Shown piece by piece: positions 32,154 through 41,905 of a stretch of DNA of 64,000 nt. Position numbers and translations under genes: made by a program. Source of the DNA: an uncultured bacterium (GTDB taxonomy: Bacteria; Zixibacteria; MSB-5A5; CAIYYT01); NCBI GenBank assembly GCA_963726455.1, contig CAVSCK010000003.1, positions 416,001-480,000 on the forward strand. Direction: 5' to 3'. Position 1 is the stretch's first letter. Each line of letters opens with the position of its first letter. Under the pieces are notes generated by a model that worked only from the letters and a program-made list of their open reading frames with translations, did no database searches and had not been told where the DNA came from.

Positions 32154-33308
32154 TCAGATTTGCACGCCATAAGACTTGATTGCTTTCATGGTTAGCATTC
32201 GCCCTTGTGGAGTGCGTTCTAGGAACCCTGCATATTCGAGACGAGGTTCAATAACCTGCTCGAGGTCCATTCGGGATGTCTGAGCCGCACTGGCAAGTGC
32301 AGTGACTCCCATTGGTTCATTGTTTCGTTCCAGCAATGCCTTGACAACCCTCAAGTCGACATTGTGCAATCCATTCTCGTCAATGCCAATCAAGCTGAAC
32401 CAGTAATTGACTGAGCTATTATCGAGTAGTTCGTAAGGATTTTGACAGTTACATACAGCCTGGAAGTGTCTCGTAATGCGCAAAGCTATGCGGGGATTAC
32501 CGAGTGATCTTCTCGCAATTTCACGTTTAATCCAGTCCGGGATCAGAACATCGCTTCCTATTGAAAGATTCCTGGCATGTAATTCTATGACTGCCAGAGC
32601 TTTCCTCTGTCCGATGTAAGCTTCAGATCCATTAGAGTGTGCGTCTATAACCTCGACGAGTTCACCTTCATTCAGAGGTTCTAATTCGATTATTATCGGG
32701 AACCTGTCAAGAAATGGCTTATTGACTTCTCCCAGAATGGTAGTCGCGCCGACCATAGTAAATGGCGGGACGTCAACAATCCGCCCATCCCTGTCGATGC
32801 CTTTGAAGTCTTGAAGAAGAGAGTACAGAGACTCTTCGACAACCCGTGACAACCCGTGAATTTCGTCAATAAACATGAGACAATGCCTGTTTGCTGGATT
32901 CAGTAACTTGCCTATAAAGGAAAATACATCTTCTCTTGAAGACAGGTTCAAGGGGGTATAATTCGATAGTCGAACGTCCTTATTGGAGTAACGTCCTGCA
33001 TAAACACGAATCAAGCCTGCAAGCTTCGTCTTCCCTACTCCCGGTGGTCCGTAAAGCAGTGTATGTGGAAAAGTTTTGGTAGAGTGGTGACTCAATATCT
33101 GATCGTCTCCTGATTGGTTTGATTCCGGGATGGGCTTCCAGGTTCCACGATCGTCCCACAACCAATCGGAGAGGAGTATCGGCTTCGAATTGCAAGGGAC
33201 CTTGATTATGGTCGATAGTTTACACCTGGGACAACGTAATCGCTTGCCCTCAAAATGACTCGGGACTTCACAGCCCACGTCTCCACAATAGTCGCAACAT
33301 ACATACAC
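32154..33308 (-). CDS. Divergent RuvB-like AAA+ ATPase with N-terminal Zn-ribbon
   Basis: HTLLYGPPGVGKT, FIDEIH, PPFTMVGATT, DRF, IARRSLGNPR and IEPRL...GFLERTPQGR motifs; N-terminal CDYC...CPRC. Confidence 0.8.
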   Translation of the reverse strand: MYVCCDYCGDVGCEVPSHFEGKRLRCPRCKLSTIIKVPCNSKPILLSDWLWDDRGTWKPIPESNQSGDDQILSHHSTKTFPHTLLYGPPGVGKTKLAGLIRVYAGRYSNKDVRLSNYTPLNLSSREDVFSFIGKLLNPANRHCLMFIDEIHGLSRVVEESLYSLLQDFKGIDRDGRIVDVPPFTMVGATTILGEVNKPFLDRFPIIIELEPLNEGELVEVIDAHSNGSEAYIGQRKALAVIELHARNLSIGSDVLIPDWIKREIARRSLGNPRIALRITRHFQAVCNCQNPYELLDNSSVNYWFSLIGIDENGLHNVDLRVVKALLERNNEPMGVTALASAAQTSRMDLEQVIEPRLEYAGFLERTPQGRMLTMKAIKSYGVQI

Positions 33309-33400
33309 TCAACTCAATATAGGCAGCCATCCCATGTTAGTCAAGATGCAGTCAAGTAGGTCAAGAACGTTCAGTCTTGACGATCTCGTTGACAACGCTG

Positions 33401-35214
33401 CTACTCCCCTTCCCGGTCGATCTGCAGTACCGCGAGGAAGGCTTCCTGCGGGAGTTCGACTTTGCCGATCTGCTTCATCTTGCGTCTTGCCCTCTTTCTG
33501 GCGTTCGATCAGCTTGCGTTTGCGGGTGATGTCGCCGCCGTAGCATTTGGCGGTGACGTTCTTGCGCATGGCACGGACGGTGTCGCGCGCGACGATGCGT
33601 GAGCCGATGGCCGCCTGAATGACGACCTCGAACATCTGCCGCGGTATCAGTTCCTGCAGTTTGTGACAGAGTTTGCGCCCCCAGACCGCGGCGCGTTCCT
33701 GATGAATCAGGCACGAGAGCGCATCGACCGGCTCGGAGTTGAGCAGGATGTCGAGTTTGACCAGCTTGCTCTGGCGCATGCCGAGGAAGTCGTAATCCAG
33801 CGATGCGTAGCCGCGCGAAATCGACTTGAGCTTGTCGTGGAAATCGAAAATGATTTCGGAAAGCGGCAGATTGAAAGTCGATCGTGGCGCGCGAAGTGTC
33901 GGGATAATGCGTGTCCTTAAATTCGCCGCGACGGTCGGAGATCAGTTTCATGATGTTGCCGATGTAATCCACCGGCGTGATGATCTGCGCGGCGACGTAG
34001 GGTTCCTCGATGTATTCCACTGATCCCGGCGGCGGCATCTTGGCGGGGTTGTCGACCTTGACCAGCTCACCCTTATGGGTGTGCACGTGGTATTCGACGT
34101 TGGGAACGGTGTTGACGATGGTGCAGTTGAACTCGCGCTCGAGACGTTCGTGAATGATCTCCAGATGCAACAATCCGAGAAAGCCGCAGCGGAAACCGAA
34201 TCCGAGCGCCAGTGACGATTCGGGCTCGAAGGTCAGTGAGGCGTCGTTGAGTTTAAGTTTCTCCAATGCTTCCCGGAGTTGTTCGTAACGTTCGGTCGCG
34301 GCCGGGTAGATGCCGGAATAGACCATCGACTTGATTTCTTTGTAGCCGGGACAGGGCGCGATGCAGCCGCCGACGGCGTACGTGATCGTGTCGCCGACCT
34401 TGGCATCGGCGACCGTGCGGATGTTGCAGACGATGTAGCCGACCTCGCCGGCGGAGAGTTTGTCGGCGGGAATGCGATCCATGATCAGGTAGCCGACCTC
34501 GTCGACTTCGTACTGAATGCCGGTCGAGAAAAACTTGATCCGGTCGCCCTTCTTGACTTCGCCGTCCATCAGCCGCACATAAGGCACGGCGCCACGATAG
34601 CTGTCGAATTTGGAATCGAAGATCATCGCCTTGAGCGGCCACTGCGGATTGGCCAGCGGCGGCGGAATGCGTGTGACGATGGCTTCGAGCACCGCTTCGA
34701 TGCCGATCCCCTTCTTGGCGGACACGAGAATGATTTCCTCGCGCGGACAGCCGATCAGGTTGCAGATCGATTCGGCGACTTTCTCCGGTTCGGCGTGCGG
34801 CAGATCGATTTTATTGATCACGGGAATGATTTCGAGGTTGGCATCAAGCGCCTTGTATAGATTCGACAACGTCTGCGCCTCGATTCCCTGCGAAGCATCG
34901 ACGACCAGCAGCGCGCCCTCACAAGCGGCAATCGAGCGGGAGACTTCGTAGGAGAAATCGACATGGCCGGGCGTGTCGATCAGGTTGAGGATGTAATCCT
35001 GTTTGTCGGCGGCGCGGTATTTCATGCGGATGGCGTGCGCCTTGATGGTGATGCCGCGCTCCTGTTCCAGCGGCATGTCGTCAAGCACCTGCTTTTGCAT
35101 TTTGGACATTTCAATCGTGTGCGTGAGTTCCAGCAGGCGGTCGGCCAGCGTCGATTTGCCATGGTCGATATGGGCAATGATAGAGAAGTTGCGGATATGC
35201 TCGATGCGCTTCAT
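33401..35214 (-). CDS. lepA: Elongation factor 4 (LepA), +1 frameshifts near 33875 and 33485 (probable sequence errors)
   Basis: [20 protein letters not shown] and [11 protein letters not shown]; then [13 protein letters not shown]; then [19 protein letters not shown] in successive frames. Confidence 0.95.
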
Positions 35215-35232
35215 AGGTACAGCTTTCGCAGA

Positions 35233-36408
35233 TTACTTTTTCTGCAGATCGTTTTCGGAAGACAAAACCGGTTTGGCGATGATTTCATGCGGGTCGGCGC
35301 CGGGTTCGGTCGGTGGATCGCCGAGCCGTTCGCCATCCTCGCACTTGCGAAGGTAGATGAACGTGATCAATTGCGAACAAGTAATGATATTGAGACCGTA
35401 TGTGATAACTACAATCCAGACGACGATCAGAGTGATCAGGATTATCAGCGAGGCGATGGCCCCGCCGGTTGGTTCGGAGCCGAGATTGAATTCGAGGCCT
35501 TTGGTCGCGGAATTCATCCAGTCGATATGCGAACCGGGATAAAGCGATGTGAAGAACCGCAAGCCATCCTGAATCGGCGATAATGCGAAGTAACCGTTGG
35601 ATATGACCGTTTTGATTTTCTCCCCTGCAACCAGCGATGTCGTGAAGTTTGTCAGTTGCAGCGCGCGCATCATGAAATAGCCGAAAACGAAAATGCCGAC
35701 CTTGGCCATGATCAAGCCGATGACAGTTTGCGTAAACCAGCGCAGCGGTTGGGTCCAGATGACATTATATATATAGAACGTCACGCCGAAGGCATCCTTC
35801 TCCCTCGCCGTCACGATCGCCGGCAGTGACAGCACACCGGTGATCAGGCCGAACGCCAAAAACACAACGAACAACGACCACAGCACAAACGGCACAGCGT
35901 ACAGAATCGAGTATATGATTGGGCCGATGCCGGGAATCAAACCGACCAGTCCGATCACACCCTGAATGGCGGAAAGCACGACGATCAGAATCAATATCAG
36001 CGCGCCGGCAACCCAGAGCGGCCGCAGGTTGCTGCGCGCTTCGCGGGCAGCATCACGGCGTGCGTAGAAGGGATTGCCCTTGAGTTCTTCGAGCGCAAGT
36101 TTGGCGACGGTGAGGTTGCCGTAGTCATAGAAGGCGCCGGCGAGAACGATACCGAGAATCCAGATCACCCAGCCATACCAGTGCTCGAGGCCGAGGTGCG
36201 TGAACGGCACCAGATTGTAGGTTTCCCAGAGTTCGCCAAGAGTGCCGCGGCCTTCGACGAGCATGGCCTGGTAGGTGAAAATGAGATAGACGATGTAGCC
36301 GTAGAGCAGCGGCCGCGCCTGCGCCAGCAAGTATTTGCCGGAGAGCGCCATGCGCGGTGCTTTGAAAGTATCCCAGAAATCGTAACGGAGCGTACTTGTC
36401 TTGTTCAT
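35233..36408 (-). CDS. Hypothetical multi-pass membrane protein
   Basis: About 6 hydrophobic segments; start placed at MNKTST because the longer ORF runs through repeat DNA. Confidence 0.7.
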   Translation of the reverse strand: MNKTSTLRYDFWDTFKAPRMALSGKYLLAQARPLLYGYIVYLIFTYQAMLVEGRGTLGELWETYNLVPFTHLGLEHWYGWVIWILGIVLAGAFYDYGNLTVAKLALEELKGNPFYARRDAAREARSNLRPLWVAGALILILIVVLSAIQGVIGLVGLIPGIGPIIYSILYAVPFVLWSLFVVFLAFGLITGVLSLPAIVTAREKDAFGVTFYIYNVIWTQPLRWFTQTVIGLIMAKVGIFVFGYFMMRALQLTNFTTSLVAGEKIKTVISNGYFALSPIQDGLRFFTSLYPGSHIDWMNSATKGLEFNLGSEPTGGAIASLIILITLIVVWIVVITYGLNIITCSQLITFIYLRKCEDGERLGDPPTEPGADPHEIIAKPVLSSENDLQKK

Positions 36409-36503
36409 AATCACCCGGGGCGAATGGTAGATTTGAAAAACGGTATTGTCAAGGAATGATTTGCGGAGCGCCGTCAGGAAAGGGTTCTTGACGGAGCTGG
36501 AGA

Positions 36504-36612
36504 GTCGGGTTTCTCGTCCCGTGGTGTTGGCGATGCGTAGCAATCGACCGAAGCGCATGTAGTCTGCGGTCACTGAGATGGTAGAGAAAAGGGACTCGGA
36601 ACGCCGACCTAC
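36504..36612 (-). repeat. ~110-bp dispersed repeat, copy 2
   Basis: GTCGGGTTTCTCGTCCCGTGGTG...GGGACTCGGAACGCCGACCTAC. Confidence 0.85.
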
Positions 36613-36808
36613 GGCGCTCCCAAAGGGAGAGGGAGGAAACGGAGACTCACAAGGAGAGAAGGAAGAACGGGGTTGCGAAATTGGATGGCGCGCACTATCT
36701 TAGCAACAGACGGGTGTGGGTAACATCAGAATCAAAGGGGCTTGCCGGGCGACCCACCAAACAGGCGGGCGCAATTGGAATTTACGTGACAGGACGGAGG
36801 CAATAGCC

Positions 36809-38671
36809 ATGAAAACGGGTAAGGCATTCATGTGGGCAGCTTTCTTGGTGCTGCTGGCGCTGTGCCAGAATCTGGGAGCAGTCGACGGCAACGGTTTAGT
36901 ATCGAAGTACAACGAGGGACAAGTCAGGACGACGATCATCAGCGAACAGCCGGTGAGGGTGCAAGTCGCCAATCAGATGGAGAAGATGAGCTATGCAGAT
37001 TTTGACAAAGTTCTGAGAGAGGCAGCGGGACCCAGGTCTGTTGTCCAGTTTTTGCATCCGGCACTGGGGGATGGCGGTGGCGGGTTGATGGCGAAACTGT
37101 ATGAAAATCATGACGGGGTGTCACCGTCCGGATTGATCTTTATCTCGGGATCGAATAATTATGGTTTGAACTGGAGCGATAGCACCTGGGCAGATATGCC
37201 GGACGCGAAGTATCCCTCTCTCGACTATTGGGGATCAGGCACGCATTTCTTCGCGGCCGTAGTTCCGCCGTTGACCTTCTGGAACGGAGCGGCATTCGTG
37301 CTGATAACCATTCCCGACCCGATGAATAGAAGTACCTGGTATGCAGAGTACTCCTCCCCTGCGCCTCTGGGCTGGCATGATATGAGGATGGCGGAGATCG
37401 CCAGCGACGACGGCCAGCAAAGCTGGAACTGGGGGTTTCAATCTGCAATTATGAGCAGAACTTCGATGAGTGAAAATCTTGTTGATGCGCCATGGATCTT
37501 CGGGCTGCAAAATGGGCAACCAATGGGCAGCTATTATACTCTTTTCGAGCATTGTCTAACCACGACTGCCGATATCGATTCGTCAAACGGCAAGACCTAC
37601 GCGGTATACGATATGTACAATCCCGCGAGAGACCAGTACCGACTTTTGCTGAGACAGGATTTCCAGTACAATTGGGAGTTGTTGGCGGATGGCGCGCTGA
37701 AGGAATTCGCCGATACCAACCAGCACGTTAGATATCCGGCGGTGGCAGCCAATGACGAAAATCTGCTGGTGGTAGCGGCGACCTATCATGATGACGACTC
37801 CGCGAACAAGGATATCGTTTGCTGGTACACCGCGACGGGTGATGTTGACAGTCTGAATCATATGAGTACAATCGCTGCCGGAACTGATGCCGAGAATTAC
37901 CCGGAGCTGGCGCATCGCGCGGCGGGTGACTTCGTGTGCACCTATATCAAGCAGCGAGCGCTGTATGCGTGCTGGTCGACGGACGCGGGAGCGAGTTGGT
38001 CATCGCCCGTCAAGATAAGTTCAACCTCGGAACAGGTGGTTGAAGAATATCGCAGTGCGGACATCGGCGATGGCGGCAAGTACGTCATGTACGAATACCA
38101 GATCGTAGGCGACAGCACGGTTCATCTGGCAATCAAACCATTGATATATATGGACAGCGACGGTGACGGAATTGTCGATGGGTTGGACAATTGTCCGACA
38201 ATCGCGAATCCGACGCAGGCGGATGCTGATGCTGACGGCGTCGGAGATGCGTGCGACAACTGTCCGGGCGTTGCTAATGTTGATCAGGCGGACGCCGATG
38301 GAGATGGAATCGGCAATGCCTGTGATAATTGCACCGATACGGATGGCGACGGCTACGGCAATCCGGGATACCCGGCAAATACCTGTCCGGTCGACAACTG
38401 TCCGAATGTCGCCAATCCATTGCAGACGGATAGCAACAGCAATGGCGCCGGCGATGCGTGTGACTTTTGCGGCAATGCCGATGGCTCGGACGCGGTTGAT
38501 ATTTCCGATGTGGTGTTTCTGATCGCTTACATTTTTTCAGGTGGAGCGGCGCCGAATCCGATTACGATCGGCGATGCCAATTGCGATCTGTCGGTTGACA
38601 TCTCGGATGCGGTATACTTGATCCAGTATATTTTCAGCGGTGGTTTCGCGCCGTGCGCGGGGTGTAAGTAG
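36809..38671 (+). CDS. Secreted protein with thrombospondin type-3 Ca-binding repeats and C-terminal dockerin-like domain
   Basis: Signal peptide; DNCPxxxNPxQxDxDxDGxGDACD repeats; duplicated GxAxxxxxVDISDxVxLIxYIFSGGxAP. Confidence 0.85.
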   Translation: MKTGKAFMWAAFLVLLALCQNLGAVDGNGLVSKYNEGQVRTTIISEQPVRVQVANQMEKMSYADFDKVLREAAGPRSVVQFLHPALGDGGGGLMAKLYENHDGVSPSGLIFISGSNNYGLNWSDSTWADMPDAKYPSLDYWGSGTHFFAAVVPPLTFWNGAAFVLITIPDPMNRSTWYAEYSSPAPLGWHDMRMAEIASDDGQQSWNWGFQSAIMSRTSMSENLVDAPWIFGLQNGQPMGSYYTLFEHCLTTTADIDSSNGKTYAVYDMYNPARDQYRLLLRQDFQYNWELLADGALKEFADTNQHVRYPAVAANDENLLVVAATYHDDDSANKDIVCWYTATGDVDSLNHMSTIAAGTDAENYPELAHRAAGDFVCTYIKQRALYACWSTDAGASWSSPVKISSTSEQVVEEYRSADIGDGGKYVMYEYQIVGDSTVHLAIKPLIYMDSDGDGIVDGLDNCPTIANPTQADADADGVGDACDNCPGVANVDQADADGDGIGNACDNCTDTDGDGYGNPGYPANTCPVDNCPNVANPLQTDSNSNGAGDACDFCGNADGSDAVDISDVVFLIAYIFSGGAAPNPITIGDANCDLSVDISDAVYLIQYIFSGGFAPCAGCK

Positions 38672-38997
38672 GGAGACGACGAAATGCCGTTAGGAATGGA
38701 TTCCTGACGGCGCAAGGAAGCAAGTCCTGCCGTAGCTTCCGAGCACGTCACTGTGTTGCGTCGGTTCCTGATTTCGCGCGGCCCTTCGCAACGCAGTAAC
38801 ACCAACGATCCCCCAGCGCGAAATTGTGAACCGACGCATCTCGGCTTTACAGAACAGAAACTCTTGAGGCAGTCATAACTGGAGCTGCCATGCTGACGAT
38901 CTTTTCGACATGGAAGTTGCTAGACTGATTCGCGGCAGGACCTGACGCAACAGAAATCTGGTTCGGGCAGGAAGTGATTTCTGCCCGCGCTTTTGAA

Positions 38998-39104
38998 GTC
39001 GGGTTTCTCGTCCCGTGGTGTTGGCAAAGCGTTGCAGGAGACCGAAGCGCAGGTAGTCTGCGGGTAATGAGATGATGGCGAGAAGGGACTCGGAACGCCG
39101 ACCT
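38998..39104 (-). repeat. ~110-bp dispersed repeat, copy 3
   Basis: Colinear with copy 2 along its whole length. Confidence 0.85.
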
Positions 39105-39406
39105 AAAACCATTGACATGAAGGACAGCATCTACGGAACTCTGCGACATGCACAGATGGAATGTCATTTCTGTGTCACGGAATAAAGGGATGGGCGATGC
39201 GGGAAATGCCTGTATTTTCTGCAATTCAGGAGCGCGGTCGGTAAGATCACGCGCATCTTTAGGTTAGCGTTTGCTAACTGAAATGACCGAAAAGATATAG
39301 GGAACTTGAGCCAAAACGCGGGAGGCATATTTTCAAAAAAGACTTGACAATTTCAGGCCTGTTATTTAATTGCGCGCTATTTGGTGGGTGACTGAGGAGA
39401 AAGCAT

Positions 39407-39424
39407 TTGTGAAGGAAATCACAT
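39407..39424. promoter_or_regulatory. Rex/CRP-type palindromic operator upstream of nuoA
   Basis: TTGTGAAGGAAATCACAT fits TGTGA-N6-TCACA and has 2 mismatches to Rex TTGTGAANNNNTTCACAA; TTGACA lies upstream at 39344. Confidence 0.6.
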
Positions 39425-39452
39425 TGTCGGCCACCCTGGAGTTGCAGATTAG

Positions 39453-39812
39453 ATGAGCATCAATAGCTTCGCACCAGTCGGAATTTTCATGGTTCTGGGA
39501 TTGGTGTTTGTGGTTGTCACCGTCTGGATCGCGAAATTCATCCGCCCGCACAGACCCTCCGAGGAAAAACTGAACAACTACGAGTGCGGCGAACCACCGA
39601 TCGGTTCGGCCTGGATTCAGTTCAATCCGAGGTTCTATATTTTCGCGCTGATCTTCGTGATCTTTGACGTCGAAGTGGTATTCCTCTTCCCGTGGGCGGT
39701 GGCGTACAAGTCGCTCGGCATTTTCGCGCTGATCGAGATGCTTATCTTTATCGCGATATTACTGGTGGGGCTGTATTGGGCGTGGAAGAAAGGTATTCTT
39801 AAATGGGTGTAA
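39453..39812 (+). CDS. nuoA: NADH-quinone oxidoreductase subunit A
   Basis: YECGEPP and [12 protein letters not shown] motifs. Confidence 0.95.
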   Translation: MSINSFAPVGIFMVLGLVFVVVTVWIAKFIRPHRPSEEKLNNYECGEPPIGSAWIQFNPRFYIFALIFVIFDVEVVFLFPWAVAYKSLGIFALIEMLIFIAILLVGLYWAWKKGILKWV

Positions 39813-40324
39813 TCTCCAAGGTGCCGGTGATCGTGGAACGCGTTCCCGGCGGCGCCATTGTTGCGACTTCGCTGGAGAAAGTCCTCAACATCACACGCGC
39901 TTCGTCGATGTGGTACCTTCTGTTCGGGACGGCCTGTTGCGCCATCGAGATGATGTGCACGGGCGCGTCGCGCTATGATTTTGATCGATTCGGCATGTTT
40001 TTCCGCGCGTCGCCACGTCAGGCCGACCTGATGTTCGTCGCCGGAACCATAACCTATAAGATGGCCCCGCGCGTAAAGCGGCTGTATGAGCAGATGGCGG
40101 AACCGCGCTATGTGATCGCGATGGGCGGTTGTGCGGTCGGCGGTGGGCCGTTCTATTATGATTCGTATGCCGTGCTCAAGGGCGTTGATTTGATTATCCC
40201 TGTCGATGTATACCTTCCCGGCTGTCCACCAAGACCGGAGTCGTTGATGGAGGCCTGTATCAAGCTGCAAGAGAAGATCAAGCGCGAGAAGTTGCAGGAT
40301 TGGAGTTCCGACAAGCGTGGCTGA
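39803..40324 (+). CDS. nuoB: NADH-quinone oxidoreductase subunit B
   Basis: [15 protein letters not shown] and PGCPPRPE motifs. Confidence 0.95.
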   Translation: MGVISKVPVIVERVPGGAIVATSLEKVLNITRASSMWYLLFGTACCAIEMMCTGASRYDFDRFGMFFRASPRQADLMFVAGTITYKMAPRVKRLYEQMAEPRYVIAMGGCAVGGGPFYYDSYAVLKGVDLIIPVDVYLPGCPPRPESLMEACIKLQEKIKREKLQDWSSDKRG

Positions 40325-40796
40325 TTGGGATACCATGATCAAGCTGCTTGTCGACAAGTTCTCATCTTCCGTCGAGGCGATCGAGCTATCCCCCAAGCAG
40401 AATGCGGTGCAAATCGATCCGAAGATCGTGGTACCGTTTTTCGAATTTCTCTATTCACATCCAGAACTGAAAATGACGTACCTGTCGTCGATCTCGGGCG
40501 TGGATACGACGACCAATATCGATATCGTTTATTTTGTGTCTTCACTGGAATACAAGCATAAGCTGACAGTCCGCACTAAAGTCGACCGCCTCGGCGGCAA
40601 GATTGACACGATATCCAGCGTGATCAAGGGCGCCAACTGGTTCGAGCGCGAGATCTGGGAATTGTTCGGCGTGGATTTCGTCGGGCATCCGAATTTGAAG
40701 CAGTTCCTGCTTCCGGATGACTGGGATGAAGGCAATCCGATGCTCCGTGACTGGACAGGACGGAATTTCGTGAAGATGCCGGAGATTGGCGGATGA
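40317..40796 (+). CDS. nuoC: NADH-quinone oxidoreductase subunit C
   Basis: [22 protein letters not shown] motif. Confidence 0.93.
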   Translation: MADWDTMIKLLVDKFSSSVEAIELSPKQNAVQIDPKIVVPFFEFLYSHPELKMTYLSSISGVDTTTNIDIVYFVSSLEYKHKLTVRTKVDRLGGKIDTISSVIKGANWFEREIWELFGVDFVGHPNLKQFLLPDDWDEGNPMLRDWTGRNFVKMPEIGG

Positions 40797-41905
40797 GAGA
40801 ACCCGCGGGCGCATACACCGAGGAATTCGAAGTCAACATGGGGCCGCAGCACCCGTCAACGCACGGCGTGCTACGATTGAAACTGGTGATGGACGGCGAG
40901 TATATCAAGGACGCCGAGCCACATATCGGATACCTCCATCGCGCCATCGAAAAGATATGCGAGAATCGGACGTACGCACAGTGCATTCCGATCCTTGACC
41001 GCTTTGAGTACGTGACATCGATGTCGACGGAAGAGGTATTCTGCCTGGCGTCGGAACGAATCGCCGGAATCGAAGTTCCGGAGCGCGCCGAGTATCTGCG
41101 CGTGATTATGCTGGAGCTCGACCGGATTGCCTCGCATCTGATCTTTCTCGGGACATTCTCGCTGGATTTGGGCGCGATCACGCCATTCCTTTATTGCCTG
41201 CGCGAACGCGAGATGATCATGGATCTGTTCGAGATGACGAGCGGACAGCGGTTGACGTACAATTACATTCGTATCGGCGGCGTAGCTCACGATATTCCTG
41301 AGCAGTTCTTACCGCTGGCGCGCAAGTTTGTGGACACGTTCCAGGCACGCGTCGATGATTATGAAGCGATACTGACACAGAATCCGATTTTCCTGGCGCG
41401 AACCAAGGATGTCGGCATTGTAAACAAGCAAGTCTGTTTGGATTATGCGGCGTCCGGCCCGGTGCTGAGAGCAGCGGGTGTTGACTGGGATTTGCGCCGC
41501 GACGATCCCTATTCGATATATAATCGTTTCAAGTTCGAGATTCCGACCGGCACCGTCGGCGACGTTTGGGATCGCTACATGGTGCGCGTGAAGGAAATGC
41601 GGCAGTCGAACGAGATCGTGCGGCAGGCGCTGGACCAGTTGCCGGAGGGCGAAATCAAGGCCAAGACGAAGCCGAGTTTCAAACCACCGGTGGGTGAGAT
41701 ATATGTGCGCGTCGAGAATTCGCGAGGTGAGATGGGCTGCCATCTTATTTCCGATGGTTCGGCAAAGCCCTATCGGCTGAAATTGAGAGGCGGATCGTTC
41801 TGCCATACACAATTGATTCCCGAAGTCGCCAAGGGTCTGATGATAGCCGACCTCGTAGCGACATTTGCCTCCCTGGACGTGATTCTGCCAGAGGTTGATC
41901 GATGA
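40793..41905 (+). CDS. nuoD: NADH-quinone oxidoreductase subunit D
   Basis: NMGPQHPSTHGVLRL, GYLHR and C-terminal EVDR; no NiFe CxxC motifs. Confidence 0.95.
   Translation: MREPAGAYTEEFEVNMGPQHPSTHGVLRLKLVMDGEYIKDAEPHIGYLHRAIEKICENRTYAQCIPILDRFEYVTSMSTEEVFCLASERIAGIEVPERAEYLRVIMLELDRIASHLIFLGTFSLDLGAITPFLYCLREREMIMDLFEMTSGQRLTYNYIRIGGVAHDIPEQFLPLARKFVDTFQARVDDYEAILTQNPIFLARTKDVGIVNKQVCLDYAASGPVLRAAGVDWDLRRDDPYSIYNRFKFEIPTGTVGDVWDRYMVRVKEMRQSNEIVRQALDQLPEGEIKAKTKPSFKPPVGEIYVRVENSRGEMGCHLISDGSAKPYRLKLRGGSFCHTQLIPEVAKGLMIADLVATFASLDVILPEVDR

Noticed and set aside
32154-33308. Calling this gene the housekeeping ruvB
   Set aside because: Atypical N-terminus, truncated RuvA-binding hairpin, foreign-looking composition and no ruvA/ruvC neighbours
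36409-36573. N-terminal extension of the 446-aa ORF, and small ORFs at 29764, 30123 and 38847
   Set aside because: They are translations of the dispersed repeats; shared peptides such as TTGRETR and RSAFRVP reflect repeat DNA
39803-41905. Group 4 NiFe hydrogenase
   Set aside because: The large subunit lacks both CxxC metal-binding motifs and has quinone-site HPSTHG
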